A stretch of 63,063 bases of DNA, the filler included, from Octopus bimaculoides (taxonomy: Eukaryota): NCBI RefSeq assembly GCF_001194135.2. It is 9 parts of 7 records of this genome, joined end to end, with 100 filler letters (N's around TTAATTAATTAA, not from the genome) between each part and the next. Parts side by side here need not be neighbours in the genome. Positions count along the whole stretch, not along the records: positions 1 to 7,296 come from NC_069004.1; positions 7,397 to 10,969 come from NC_068999.1; positions 11,070 to 18,573 come from NC_068991.1; 6 more parts are not named here. One strand, given 5' to 3'. The notes beneath the pieces are model-generated. The model had not been told where the DNA came from, searched no databases, and worked only from the letters and a program-made list of their open reading frames with translations. Positions 1 through 13,300 of the stretch are shown one piece after another. A program made the position numbers and the translations under genes. Position 1 is the stretch's first letter, and each line of letters begins with the position of its first letter.

Positions 1-499
1 ATATAAGGGTGTTTTCAGAATTAGGATATATATATAATTTAAAGACCAATTTAAATCCCTTTAAGGGTTGATTCGTTCGACTAAAGTTCTTTGAGGTGGT
101 GACCCAGCATGGCCACAGACTAATGACCGAAACAAATAAACGACTGCATATATAAATGAAATACTGACTGAATAAACCGACAAAATGTAATATTCACTTA
201 TAAGCCAAAAATATTCAGACAGGTTAGTAATCCGAGCTAGTAATGAATAGAAACAGAAATACTATAAAAGGAATGCACCTGTGATTTTAGTAGTAGTCCT
301 ACTACTAAAATCACACGTATTTCACAGAAAATGTTCCATATGAATCAAATGCAAAGGAGCACAGACCAGAAGAGCACATTAGCAAAAATCTCCTAAAATG
401 AAATAGAAAATGCGGCAAACCAAACCATTAACTGGTACTAACATCGTATTACGAAAGCAATAACATGAAGCATCTCCTCACTAGCAACATGCCACATGC

Positions 500-690
500 A
501 TGAGAAAGCGAGAACAAGCTATAAATGACCAATGTAATTTGTAAATTTGGTTGTAAAAGTTTTAAGTTGTATACTTTACGGTTGTAGCTGTTACATTGGC
601 CAGACAATTACAACACTTATTTGGATGTTAACCATGCATTTACGACAGGGAGAGGTCGTAACAGACAACACCACACGCCATAAAACAAAG
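500..690 (+). mobile_element. Penelope-like GIY-YIG remnant
   Basis: TNVICKFGCKS (frameshift) ...CYIGQTITTL...TMHL. Confidence 0.6.
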
Positions 691-2376
691 CTGCATAAAA
701 TATTGGTGTTAAATTTTGGCACAAGGAGAGGAATTTGTGGGGAGGCGTTAGTCTATTTAACGCCTCCTATAAACACACCTCCAATACTCCACTGGTGCCT
801 GTTTTTTTCCATTCCGAAAGGATGAAAAGCAAAGTCGACCTGGAATTATAACTCGGATCCTAAAGACGGCTGGAATGCCTCATGTGTTCCTGGCGTGTTA
901 ACGGTTCTACCAGCTCGCCGCGTTAGAGCTAGTTAAAGTATTAATTGACAATGCAGGGACAATTTAGAGAATTCCTCGCAGAGACACTCGACTGATTTAT
1001 GTAAACAGCATACTCGTGTATAATTTGTAGTCATGTATAAGCCGCACCCCCTAATTTAGCATGAAGTCTTACCTTTGCTCCATGTGTAAGGTGCAACCCA
1101 GGATTACGGATAAAATCAAGTGTAAGATAGTACGACTTATACAACAGTAAACGTGGTGCTACACCTAACACCACTACCTGGTAGATCGATCTACTAGAAA
1201 TAGCAGTCAAATTTACTTGAAACAACTCAATATATACATAGCGGTTTATGTCAGTGAAACAATGTGTGCTACTTTTAGAGTAATTTATAATAAATATTAG
1301 TCCATATTGATTACAGGATAATTTAATCCTATCTACCTATAAACCATTGTTGCTTTGAAGTGAAAACATCTTTCAGTACATTTAGATTATAACAACATTA
1401 GAAGCATCGTCTCAGAAAAGATACAGTTAAGATAATGGCAGATCAAGTGCAAACATTATTGGAAATTAGATTAATAAATAACTTCATTCTGTCTATGAAT
1501 AAATTCCGAGAGGAAACTAGATGTCTGTTCGTAGTTGCTTCAAGTAGAACAAACACAAATCCATATTCATTTGCTAACAAACTCCGACCATAAATAACTG
1601 CGATATAAGTAAGGTAAGTGTGTGTTAGTTGATATATCAGGTATAGAAAGTTAAGTCTGTATTTGTTTACTTTAAAAGTTGGAGACGACTGTAAGTAGTT
1701 TCGTTATGTTTATACACATTAGTCTAAATAAATTTGCTAATAAACTAGATTTTCGTTATGGATAATATCAAGAAATTAAAGGTAGAGATGTTTGTTAGTA
1801 ATTCCGTTAGTAATTATGTAAAATTCAGTTCATATTATCTTACTGAATAGTTTGGTTAGGAATAACTTCTGGGGCTAGTAGGAAAAAAAAAACGGCAATG
1901 ATATTAATAATAACGTGTATATTAAACAAAATAAATGTGTTCCTCGTTAGACATAATCTGGTTTCAAATACTTTCCGTCTGGAATGCCATTTATTGCAGG
2001 ACTAATTTATTTACGCCCACCTCGTGCTAAGCAACAACGGTCTCTCTCTCTCTCCCTCTCTCTCCCTCTCCCTCTCTCTCTCTCCCCCTCTCTCTCTCTC
2101 TCCTCCTCTCTGAATATATATCTTACACATATTGTATATATTATATATGTATAAATACAATATATGTGTGCGTGTCACACGTGTTTGTGTGAGTGTATGT
2201 GTGTGTTTGTGTGTACGCATGAGCTTCGGCTGAAAAATTCTTGATTTGAGTAAAAGAAAATAGAGAAGAATCGGTTAATTATATATTTTTTAAACATATT
2301 CCCTTCTTAGATTCACACACTTATTGCAGTGATCCTACAGTTTGTCTAGGCCCTGTGAAAGAACATATATATAAAT

Positions 2377-2795
2377 AGAAATGAACCCGTGCTGGTGGCA
2401 CGTCAAAAATTGACCTTTGAACATTGGGCCTCATGGAGGCAAAGTGGCCGGGCACCTTTCAAGTGTTGGGCTTCACGGAGGCAATGACCAAGCGAGACCT
2501 TTGGCAGGATGTCGTGCTCGAGAGATGAAGACCCATCAAACTAAGCAAAATCGCAGTCGTGGCAGATAGCAGTGTCACGCAAATGGCACCCGTGTCGGTG
2601 GCACGTAAAAGCACCCGTTAAATTTTCGGAGTGGCTGGCGTTAGGAAAGGCATCCAGCCGTAGAGAACCATGCCAAATCAGACTGGAGCCTGGTGCAGCG
2701 TTCCAGCATGCCAGTCCAGTCAAACCGTCTAACCTATCTCAACATGGACAACATACGTTAAATGATGATGATGATAATGGTGATGATGATGATGA
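2377..2795 (+). mobile_element. SINE-like repeat with (GAT)n tail
   Basis: GGCACGTAAAAGCACCC...GGCGTTAGGAAAGGCATCCAGCCGTAG...CGTTAAATGATGATGAT. A degenerate relative lies at about 19520-19580. Confidence 0.6.
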
Positions 2796-3284
2796 TATAT
2801 ATATACTCACACACATGTAAAGAAATAGATATAGATACAGATAGAGATAAAATGCTTCACGTAATTCAATAAGCTTTAGTAAGCTATATTTCACTTCGAT
2901 GAGATTTGTATCAAAAATATCGAAAAACACCCAAAATAAAAGTAAAAAATTCCTATCTCCAATTGTTCTAAGAACGTCAAAGTTTCACAATGCTTTCCTT
3001 ACCATTCTTTTTTTTCTGCCAAAAAAGTAAGTTACATTACATTTCTCCAAAACTCTGCAAACAAAGATGTCTCGGAACTTCGAAATGTAACCAGTACTTT
3101 CTGTTCTGACTAGTTGTATATTAAGTTAGAAAAAAATGTGATATATTTATATAAACATACACACACGCGCACACGTAGACACACAGACACACATACACAC
3201 AAATAAATACACATACACACACATGCGCACACACACTATGCATGTATATATGAATATATATGTATATATGTATGTATATATGTA

Positions 3285-3318
<34 letters not shown>

Positions 3319-4299
3319 NNNNNNNNNNNNNNNNNNNNNNNNNNNNNNNNNNNNNNNNNNNNNNNNNNNNNNNNNNNNNNNNNNNNNNNNNNNNNNNNNN
3401 NNNNNNNNNNNNNNNNNNNNNNNNNNNNNNNNNNNNNNNNNNNNNNNNNNNNNNNNNNNNNNNNNNNNNNNNNNNNNNNNNNNNNNNNNNNNNNNNNNNN
3501 NNNNNNNNNNNNNNNNNNNNNNNNNNNNNNNNNNNNNNNNNNNNNNNNNNNNNNNNNNNNNNNNNNNNNNNNNNNNNNNNNNNNNNNNNNNNNNNNNNNN
3601 NNNNNNNNNNNNNNNNNNNNNNNNNNNNNNNNNNNNNNNNNNNNNNNNNNNNNNNNNNNNNNNNNNNNNNNNNNNNNNNNNNNNNNNNNNNNNNNNNNNN
3701 NNNNNNNNNNNNNNNNNNNNNNNNNNNNNNNNNNNNNNNNNNNNNNNNNNNNNNNNNNNNNNNNNNNNNNNNNNNNNNNNNNNNNNNNNNNNNNNNNNNN
3801 NNNNNNNNNNNNNNNNNNNNNNNNNNNNNNNNNNNNNNNNNNNNNNNNNNNNNNNNNNNNNNNNNNNNNNNNNNNNNNNNNNNNNNNNNNNNNNNNNNNN
3901 NNNNNNNNNNNNNNNNNNNNNNNNNNNNNNNNNNNNNNNNNNNNNNNNNNNNNNNNNNNNNNNNNNNNNNNNNNNNNNNNNNNNNNNNNNNNNNNNNNNN
4001 NNNNNNNNNNNNNNNNNNNNNNNNNNNNNNNNNNNNNNNNNNNNNNNNNNNNNNNNNNNNNNNNNNNNNNNNNNNNNNNNNNNNNNNNNNNNNNNNNNNN
4101 NNNNNNNNNNNNNNNNNNNNNNNNNNNNNNNNNNNNNNNNNNNNNNNNNNNNNNNNNNNNNNNNNNNNNNNNNNNNNNNNNNNNNNNNNNNNNNNNNNNN
4201 NNNNNNNNNNNNNNNNNNNNNNNNNNNNNNNNNNNNNNNNNNNNNNNNNNNNNNNNNNNNNNNNNNNNNNNNNTATATATATGTATGCATGTATATAAT

Positions 4300-4348
<49 letters not shown>

Positions 4349-4469
4349 TACATATATATGTATGTATGTATGTATATATATTTGTATATATGTATGCATA
4401 TATGTATATATATCTTCGCATATATACTTACATATAAGAATGTATATATTCATATCTACAAACCCACAG

Positions 4470-4514
<45 letters not shown>

Positions 4515-5002
4515 TAACCCCCATAATTCTGCAGCACTTCGACAGGACGCAAAATAGTACAAGAATCTACCTGCAAAGCCAAACCCCACACCACCATTCA
4601 AAAAACTGAAAAATCTAAAAGCAAAACGCAAAATGCCAAAAAAAGAAAGATTTAAAAAATCAACAACAACAACAAAAGAAAATAGAAAAGAAATCCAAAA
4701 ATGCTAAAAGCGAAAGCAAACACTGATGAGACTCGTTCCTATGAGAAAACAGACAACACAAAGAGAATAAAGAGATGTAGTGAGCTGCATAATACATTGG
4801 CGTCTTAGTCTTTTAGCTTCTGTAACGAATTTCATTTTGCTATTTTTGAAAGATGGAGAACAAGAAATCAGAAATCTTATTGGAAGTGGCGTTTGACATA
4901 CTTTTAGCCTCGAGATATTGCCTACATACGTGATACAAACGAATAGTATACACGCGCACAGATATACATTCTCACGTATAAACGAACTCAGGACATACGA
5001 AC

Positions 5003-5044
<42 letters not shown>

Positions 5045-5989
5045 GTACTTACACATATATATATTTGCGTGTAGACACGTATGTACCTATTTCTCTACGT
5101 CTGTATATATNNNNNNNNNNNNNNNNNNNNNNNNNNNNNNNNNNNNNNNNNNNNNNNNNNNNNNNNNNNNNNNNNNNNNNNNNNNNNNNNNNNNNNNNNN
5201 NNNNNNNNNNNNNNNNNNNNNNNNNNNNNNNNNNNNNNNNNNNNNNNNNNNNNNNNNNNNNNNNNNNNNNNNNNNNNNNNNNNNNNNNNNNNNNNNNNNN
5301 NNNNNNNNNNNNNNNNNNNNNNNNNNNNNNNNNNNNNNNNNNNNNNNNNNNNNNNNNNNNNNNNNNNNNNNNNNNNNNNNNNNNNNNNNNNNNNNNNNNN
5401 NNNNNNNNNNNNNNNNNNNNNNNNNNNNNNNNNNNNNNNNNNNNNNNNNNNNNNNNNNNNNNNNNNNNNNNNNNNNNNNNNNNNNNNNNNNNNNNNNNNN
5501 NNNNNNNNNNNNNNNNNNNNNNNNNNNNNNNNNNNNNNNNNNNNNNNNNNNNNNNNNNNNNNNNNNNNNNNNNNNNNNNNNNNNNNNNNNNNNNNNNNNA
5601 TATATATATATATATAACAAAATTACTATGAAAATATAATTAAAATACCAAGAAATGTGAGAAAATAATAGGAACAAAAATCCACTTTATTTCTAGTGGA
5701 ACTGAAGAACTTAGTAGAGTGGCTATTTATTGTCACGGCTGGTAACTTTACCGACAAATAGTTGGAAACAATAACAACAACAGCAAGAAAGACAATTAGA
5801 TGAAAATACAATGGAATAACAAAAGGAAAAAAATCAATGAACATCGATTTATATTTTATTATACAACACCAACGACGACGATGACTACGACAGCGAGGAA
5901 AACAAGTGCTTTAGCTTTAAATACACGCTTTTTTCCGCTCATTAATTCTATACTTTGGAGAGAGATCTCATTCGTTAAATGACCATGAA

Positions 5990-6803
5990 ACCATCCAGCC
6001 CCCTCTGTCACTCTTCCCATACATTAAAAGAATATGCAGGCACCCATCACCTTCTACTAACATTAAAGACTCTGTGATGCCCCCACCAACACCGTTGCTG
6101 TCTCCTCGCATTAAAAGAATATGAAGCCATCCAGCATCTCTGTTGCTTCCTCCACGCATTCAAAGAACATGTAGTCACCCACGACGCTTATCACTGTCTC
6201 CAAACATTAAAAAAGCCAAGTAGCCAAGCCACCCACAGTCTCCATCACTGCCTTTACACATCAAAGGAACATGTACCTACCCATTGCCTGTGTCACTATC
6301 TCCACTCATTAAAAGCCCACGTGATCACCCACCACAGTCATCACTATTCTATCTCCTCTCAGGAAAAATCTATGTAGCTATCCACTACCTCCATCCCTGT
6401 CTTCACATTTTCCTCTTATGAAAAGCTAAGTAGCTATCTATTACCTTCGTCCCTGTCTTCACATTTTCCGCTTATGAAAAGCTAAGTAGCTATCTACTGC
6501 CTTCGTCCCTGTCTTCACATTTTCCTCTTATGAAAAGCTAAGGTAGCTATCCACTACCTCCATCCCTGTCTTCACATTTTCCTCTTATGAAAAGCTAAGT
6601 AGCTATCCACTACCTCCATCCCTGTCTTCACATTTTCCTCTTATGAAAAGCTAAGGTAGCTATCTACTGCCTTCGTCCTTGTCTTCACATTTTTCTCTCA
6701 TGAAAAAATCTTTGTAGCTATACACTGCACCCGTCTCTGTCTTCACATTTTCCTCTCGTGAAAACATCTATGTAGCCACCTACTGCCTCCGTCTCTGTCT
6801 TAC
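5990..6803. repeat. Compound minisatellite: diverged units of about 48 bp grading into about 7.5 conserved 56-58 bp units
   Basis: Unit GTAGCTATC(C/T)ACT(A/G)CCT(C/T)C(A/G)TCCCTGTCTTCACATTTTCCTCTTATGAAAAGCTAA starts at 6374, 6430, 6486, 6543, 6599, 6656, 6714 and 6772. Confidence 0.9.
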
Positions 6804-7240
6804 ATACAAACAAAAACATACATACATACAAACATACAAACAAAAACAACCTATTGTTGATGTTGCAATTCCAACGAAAGAGCCTTCGATCTTGGTTAGA
6901 ATTAGTGACGTTTCGATCTCTTTTGTGCATCGTCGGAGGAAGAGAAAACCGGGGACAAAGGAGAGGGAGAACAAAAGGGAAGATTAAGTGTTATACTTCT
7001 ATTTAAAGGTCCGACATGGTAGGAGGAGAAGCGGAAGTCAGTAATGCAAAGAATTAACATTGTGTTCCTTCGATGAAAAGCATATTAGGCAAAAGTTTCG
7101 AGTAGTTGTTGGTCTTCTTTAACATTAATTTAACACACTATATACACATATATTTGGCCGTCTTCTCTTACATGTGTGGCTTATGTATAAACTATAAGTT
7201 TAAATTATGTGTGTATGTTTATTTGCATACATACACGAAT

Positions 7241-7296
<56 letters not shown>

Positions 7297-7340
7297 NNNN
7301 NNNNNNNNNNNNNNNNNNNNNNNNNNNNNNNNNNNNNNNN

Positions 7341-7352
7341 TTAATTAATTAA
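7341..7352. other. Assembly spacer TTAATTAATTAA inside 100-bp N placeholders (artefact)
   Basis: 44 N + 12-mer + 44 N. Recurs at 11014, 18618, 20273, 48763, 53818, 58003 and 59752, and gives stops in all six frames. Confidence 0.95.
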
Positions 7353-7486
7353 NNNNNNNNNNNNNNNNNNNNNNNNNNNNNNNNNNNNNNNNNNNNTAAG
7401 AAAACTAAATAACGTTATTCCATATCTTTTCTAATTGTATTTAGTGGCACTGGAATCACGTGGACGTAGAATATGTTAGCTTTTAA

Positions 7487-7900
7487 GGGTGGTGAGCTGG
7501 CAGAAACGTTAGCACGCCGGGCAAAATGCTTAGCGGTATTTCGTCTGCAGCTACGTTCTGAGTTCAAATTCCGCCGAGGTCGACTTTACCTTTCATCTTT
7601 TCGGGGTCGATTAAATAAGTACCAGTTACGCACTGGGGTCAATATAATCGACTTAACCCCTTGTTTGTCCCCTCTATGTTTAGCCCCTTGTGGGCAATAA
7701 AGAAGTGAGAAACGTTAGCACAACGGGCGAAATGCTTAGCGATATTTCGTCTGTCTTTACGTTCTGAGTTCAAATTCCGCCGAGGTCGGCTTTGCCTTTC
7801 TTCCGATGTTATCGATAAATTCAGTACCAGTTGCGTACTGGCGTCGATCTAATCAACTGCCCCTCCCCCCCAAATTCGGACCTTGTGCCTAGAGTAGAAA
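7487..7900 (+). mobile_element. Two tandem copies of tRNA-derived SINE family 1
   Basis: A-box-like GAGCTGGCAGAA and B-box GAGTTCAAATTCC. Homologous copies at about 775-921(-), 9790-9972(-), 40064-40150(+), 40262-40478(+), 45490-45585(+) and 54950-55075(+). Confidence 0.85.
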
Positions 7901-9360
7901 AGAATATATTTGTTACTAGATACCTGACATACTCTGATGCAGTTTCTACAAACACACACACACACACACACACAGTTGTATGAATATCTATCTATCTATG
8001 TATCTGTATATGCATATATATATATAAATATATACATATATATACATCTGTCAGTCTGCCTCTCTTTCCATTCTTTCTCTACGCATATCTTTGTCAGTGT
8101 CCCTATACGGTGTACATATTATGAGATGCCTATCATATCCGTCTGTATATTAAGACCTATATGTATGTGAGCATACATGTATGTATTTATGTATGTATGT
8201 ACGTATGTACGTACGTATGNNNNNNNNNNNNNNNNNNNNNNNNNNNNNNNNNNNNNNNNNNNNNNNNNNNNNNNNNNNNNNNNNNNNNNNNNNNNNNNNN
8301 NNNNNNNNNNNNNNNNNNNNNNNNNNNNNNNNNNNNNNNNNNNNNNNNNNNNNNNNNNNNNNNNNNNNNNNNNNNNNNNNNNNNNNNNNNNNNNNNNNNN
8401 NNNNNNNNNNNNNNNNNNNNNNNNNNNNNNNNNNNNNNNNNNNNNNNNNNNNNNNNNNNNNNNNNNNNNNNNNNNNNNNNNNNNNNNNNNNNNNNNNNNN
8501 NNNNNNNNNNNNNNNNNNNNNNNNNNNNNNNNNNNNNNNNNNNNNNNNNNNNNNNNNNNNNNNNNNNNNNNNNNNNNNNNNNNNNNNNNNNNNNNNNNNN
8601 NNNNNNNNNNNNNNNNNNNNNNNNNNNNNNNNNNNNNNNNNNNNNNNNNNNNNNNNNNNNNNNNNNNNNNNNNNNNNNNNNNNNNNNNNNNNNNNNNNNN
8701 NNNNNNNNNNNNNNNNNNNNNNNNNNNNNNNNNNNNNNNNNNNNNNNNNNNNNNNNNNNNNNNNNNNNNNNNNNNNNNNNNNNNNNNNNNNNNNNNNNNN
8801 NNNNNNNNNNNNNNNNNNNNNNNNNNNNNNNNNNNNNNNNNNNNNNNNNNNNNNNNNNNNNNNNNNTATATATATATATATATACGTCGTATAAGATTCC
8901 GGAATATCCAGTGTTTCAAAGATCTGTATCTGCGAAATTAACGCGATTTCCTGTCGAATTTGTCTTCTAATATACTAAGACATAATTCTTGCAATTGAAT
9001 GGATGCTATTTATGAGTTTACAAACTTATATACACGTTACAGAAACACATACGAAAATAGACACCCATACACAGAAACACATGTGCACCCATATAGGTAG
9101 AGATACGCTTATATACACCATATAATAATTGTGTACCCATGTCTGCAAAATCCAATTAGCGTTGTATTACTTGTATTAAATACAGCTTTATTTCAAGTTT
9201 GTGTTTCTGCGATTGTATTATATAACTGTGGCCATGTTTGGTGGACTGTTGAAACTTATCTACTTGAAGACTTACACAAACGCACTTATTGAATGTATCT
9301 ATGCACATATATATGTATATGCACGTATGTATGTATGTATGTATTTACGTATATATAAAT

Positions 9361-9426
<66 letters not shown>

Positions 9427-9663
9427 GCATGATGGCTTAGCAGCCCGGAACTTCGAAGTCACTGACTATGCTATTCTTGATGAAAATATAATAATTTTCT
9501 ATCCTAGAAAAGTATATACATAAAACTGCTCGTATTATCTATTGAACATAAAAAAACATTTATATATATATATATGTGTGTGTGTGTGTGAATGAGTGTG
9601 TGTGTGTATTTGGGTGTGTGCGTTGCGTGTGCATGTGTGTGAGATTCTTCATAAAACAAAAAT

Positions 9664-9712
<49 letters not shown>

Positions 9713-11089
9713 CTGTGTGTGTGTATGTGTGTGTTTTATTTCTTTACTACCTAAAAGGGGCTACACACAGAGGGGACACACGAGGACAGACAAACGGATT
9801 AAGTCGATTATATCGTCTCCAGTGCTTACCTGGTACTATTTAATCGACCCCGAAAGGATGAAATGCAAAGTCGACCTCGGCGGAATTTGAACTCAGAACG
9901 TAGCGAAATACGAAATACTGAAATACCGCTAAGCATTTCGCCCGGCGTACTAACGTTTCTGCCAGCTCACTGCCTTACATGCATATGTGTATGTGTGTAT
10001 GTATATATGTATGCATGTATGTATGTATCTATGTATCTATGTGTGAGTGTGTGTGTGAGTGTGTGTGTATACACGCAGAATCATTTTTTCTCTCCATTTT
10101 TCTTTGCCTTTTCCGTCTGTTTTCTTTCCTCATTCTTTGTGCAGTTGAGCATAGGTTCGAAACGTCAAAGACTGTTACATTTTCTACCTGAACGTCAAAG
10201 TGGAATACGTTTGCTGTTCCTTGAAATTTCTCTTTTGATTTTTGTTTTATAAAGAAACTAACACACATGCACACGTAACGCACACACGCACATACACACA
10301 CACATACACACACACATAAACACTCACACACACACACACACAGACACACACACATATATATATATATGTATGCATATATTTATAGCTTTATGTCATTAGA
10401 ATTCCATTTTTAAAAACGAATTTTCACAAATTCTTGTGAGACAAACAGTTTGCAATTATCATTGATAAGAACAAAGAATCTAAAACGGATAGAGAAATTC
10501 TAATGATTGCTTTGGTTACACAGTAGAACATATCTGATGTTTAGAAACACTTTGGGTTCAACTTAGACGGCCAGGTTTCGAAATTTCGTATTCAAAATGT
10601 TTTAATAACCCAGTGTTTACACGCAATTATGCCTAGCTTTACCCAGAAGCGTTATAATCCATGTGTCCCCGTGAAGCATATCTTATTCCATTACTCCCAA
10701 AGTTTTTATTTGATTCTCTGGTTGAGAAATGTCTAATAGAAATTATCTTACTTGTTTTTTTTTTTTTTATTACATGCACGATCATGTAAATCCTATTAGC
10801 AGATGATATACGTGTAACAGCGAATTAATAATACCGAAAATTATTTCTAATGCCCAGCTTTCATATACATACATACATATATACATACATACATACATAC
10901 ATACATACACATATATATATATATATATATACACAAACATACACACACACACACACACACACAAACATANNNNNNNNNNNNNNNNNNNNNNNNNNNNNNN
11001 NNNNNNNNNNNNNTTAATTAATTAANNNNNNNNNNNNNNNNNNNNNNNNNNNNNNNNNNNNNNNNNNNNTAGACGTGTGTGTGTGAATG

Positions 11090-11693
11090 TGTGTGTGCAT
11101 GTGACTATATACGCGTGTGTATGTCTCTGTATTAGTATCTCTTAATGTCTCTGTAATGATGAGTGTGAGGGAGTGTGTGTGTGAGTGTGTGTGTGTGTTG
11201 AAGGGTCTATGTATGTGTGTGTTCATGTATATGTGTTTATGAGCTTGTGTGTGTGTGTTGAAGGGTTTGTGTAGGTGTATACATGTATGAGTTTCGGTGT
11301 GTGTGTGCGTGTGAGTGGGTGTATGTATATGTGTGTGTGTGTGTGTTGAAAGATCTATGTGTGCGTGTATATATGTAGATGTGTGTTTGTGTGTGTGTGT
11401 GTGTGTGTGTATGTGTGTGTGTGTTGAAGGGTTCATGTATGCATGTATACGTGAAGATGTGTGTTTGTGTGTGTGCGTTTATGTGTGTTTGTATGTGAGC
11501 ATGTGTATGTGTTGAAGGGTCTCTGTATACACGTATACATGTATATAGGTGCTAGCGTGTTTGTGTGTGTGTGTGTGTCTGTGTATGTATGTGCGTGTGT
11601 GTGTGTTTGTATGTGTGTATGTGTGTGTGTTGAAGGGTCTCTGTGTGCGCGTATACATGTATATAGGTGTTTATGTGTTTGTGTGTGTGTTCG

Positions 11694-11735
<42 letters not shown>
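11090..11735. repeat. (GT)n-based compound minisatellite punctuated by TTGAAGGGT
   Basis: The TTGAAGGG(T)-like spacer recurs about six times within degenerate (GT)n. Confidence 0.75.
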
Positions 11736-11736
<1 letters not shown>

Positions 11737-13117
11737 CCCCTTCCAGAAATGTTCGTTGTTAGTGTCACTACGGAGCTTATTGATCAAACTTCACACAGTT
11801 ATTGCAACAGCCAGGTGCAATGGCGGAAAGGGGAAGAAAGAAAGGAAGAAAAAAAAAGAAAGAAGGAAAGAAAGAATGAATAANNNNNNNNNNNNNNNNN
11901 NNNNNNNNNNNNNNNNNNNNNNNNNNNNNNNNNNNNNNNNNNNNNNNNNNNNNNNNNNNNNNNNNNNNNNNNNNNNNNNNNNNNNNNNNNNNNNNNNNNN
12001 NNNNNNNNNNNNNNNNNNNNNNNNNNNNNNNNNNNNNNNNNNNNNNNNNNNNNNNNNNNNNNNNNNNNNNNNNNNNNNNNNNNNNNNNNNNNNNNNNNNN
12101 NNNNNNNNNNNNNNNNNNNNNNNNNNNNNNNNNNNNNNNNNNNNNNNNNNNNNNNNNNNNNNNNNNNNNNNNNNNNNNNNNNNNNNNNNNNNNNNNNNNN
12201 NNNNNNNNNNNNNNNNNNNNNNNNNNNNNNNNNNNNNNNNNNNNNNNNNNNNNNNNNNNNNNNNNNNNNNNNNNNNNNNNNNNNNNNNNNNNNNNNNNNN
12301 NNNNNNNNNNNNNNNNNNNNNNNNNNNNNNNNNNNNNNNNNNNNNNNNNNNNNNNNNNNNNNNNNNNNNNNNNNNNNNNNNNNNNNNNNNNNNNNNNNNN
12401 NNNNNNNNNNNNNNNNNNNNNNNNNNNNNNNNNNNNNNNNNNNNNNNNNNNNNNNNNNNNNNNNNNNNNNNNNNNNNNNNNNNNNNNNNNNNNNNNNNNN
12501 NNNNNNNNNNNNNNNNNNNNNNNNNNNNNNNNNNNNNNNNNNNNNNNNNNNNNNNNNNNNNNNNNNNNNNNNNNNNNNNNNNNNNNNNNNNNNNNNNNNN
12601 NNNNNNNNNNNNNNNNNNNNNNNNNNNNNNNNNNNNNNNNNNNNNNNNNNNNNNNNNNNNNNNNNNNNNNNNNNNNNNNNNNNNNNNNNNNNNNNNNNNN
12701 NNNNNNNNNNNNNNNNNCCGATCTTATATATATATATATACATATACATATGTGTGTGTGTGTGTATATATATGTACTGGTATATAAATGTGTGTCCCTT
12801 TTTTCACACACAGAAAACCCTAGCAAAACACCATCTCAAGCACTCGTACAAAAACTAAAAAATAATACAAAAAAAAAGAAACAAAATAAAAAGGAAAAAA
12901 GTTCACTATCAAGTTGTCTTCCTCCTCCCCTCTCTCTCCTATTGTTTCTCTTACACTCTCTCTATCTGTTAAATACATACACGTACAAATAAACATTACA
13001 TATGTACATACATACTCACATATAAGTGTGTGTGCGCACGTGTTTATGTGCGTGTGAATGTGTGTATAAGTTTGGGCATTTTTGTATAGAGATGTGCATA
13101 TACACACACACATAGAT

Positions 13118-13175
<58 letters not shown>

Positions 13176-13300
13176 ATTTCGTTTGGCATTGCGAGACCAA
13201 TAACCCGATGTAGAACTCAATAAAGGTGTGTTTCAGAACGAAGAGTATAGAGCAGTGATAAAAAAAAGAGATGACAAAGGAATAAATAATAACACTATGA

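Noticed and set aside
3121-4597. Long ORFs of 400+ aa in the track (also at about 8.1, 11.5, 20.4, 26.2, 37.4 and 50.9 kb)
   Set aside because: They consist of X from N gaps plus YI/CV/HT dipeptides from microsatellites and are not genes.
4723-4760. CTGATGA-GACTC...GAG-AAAAC as another hammerhead
   Set aside because: G12 and the NUH triplet are missing and stem I cannot be formed, so it is too degenerate to call.
6374-6803. Possible CRISPR-like array
   Set aside because: Contiguous tandem units with no unique spacers, in a eukaryotic context, and no cas genes.
7297-7396. Regularly recurring TTAATTAATTAA 12-mer (8 copies), superficially like a repeat array or PacI-site motif
   Set aside because: Always centred in exactly 44 N + 12 + 44 N. 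It is a synthetic contig spacer carrying stops in all frames.
7487-7600. tRNA genes
   Set aside because: The A/B-box-like heads belong to SINEs. No complete cloverleaf could be built.
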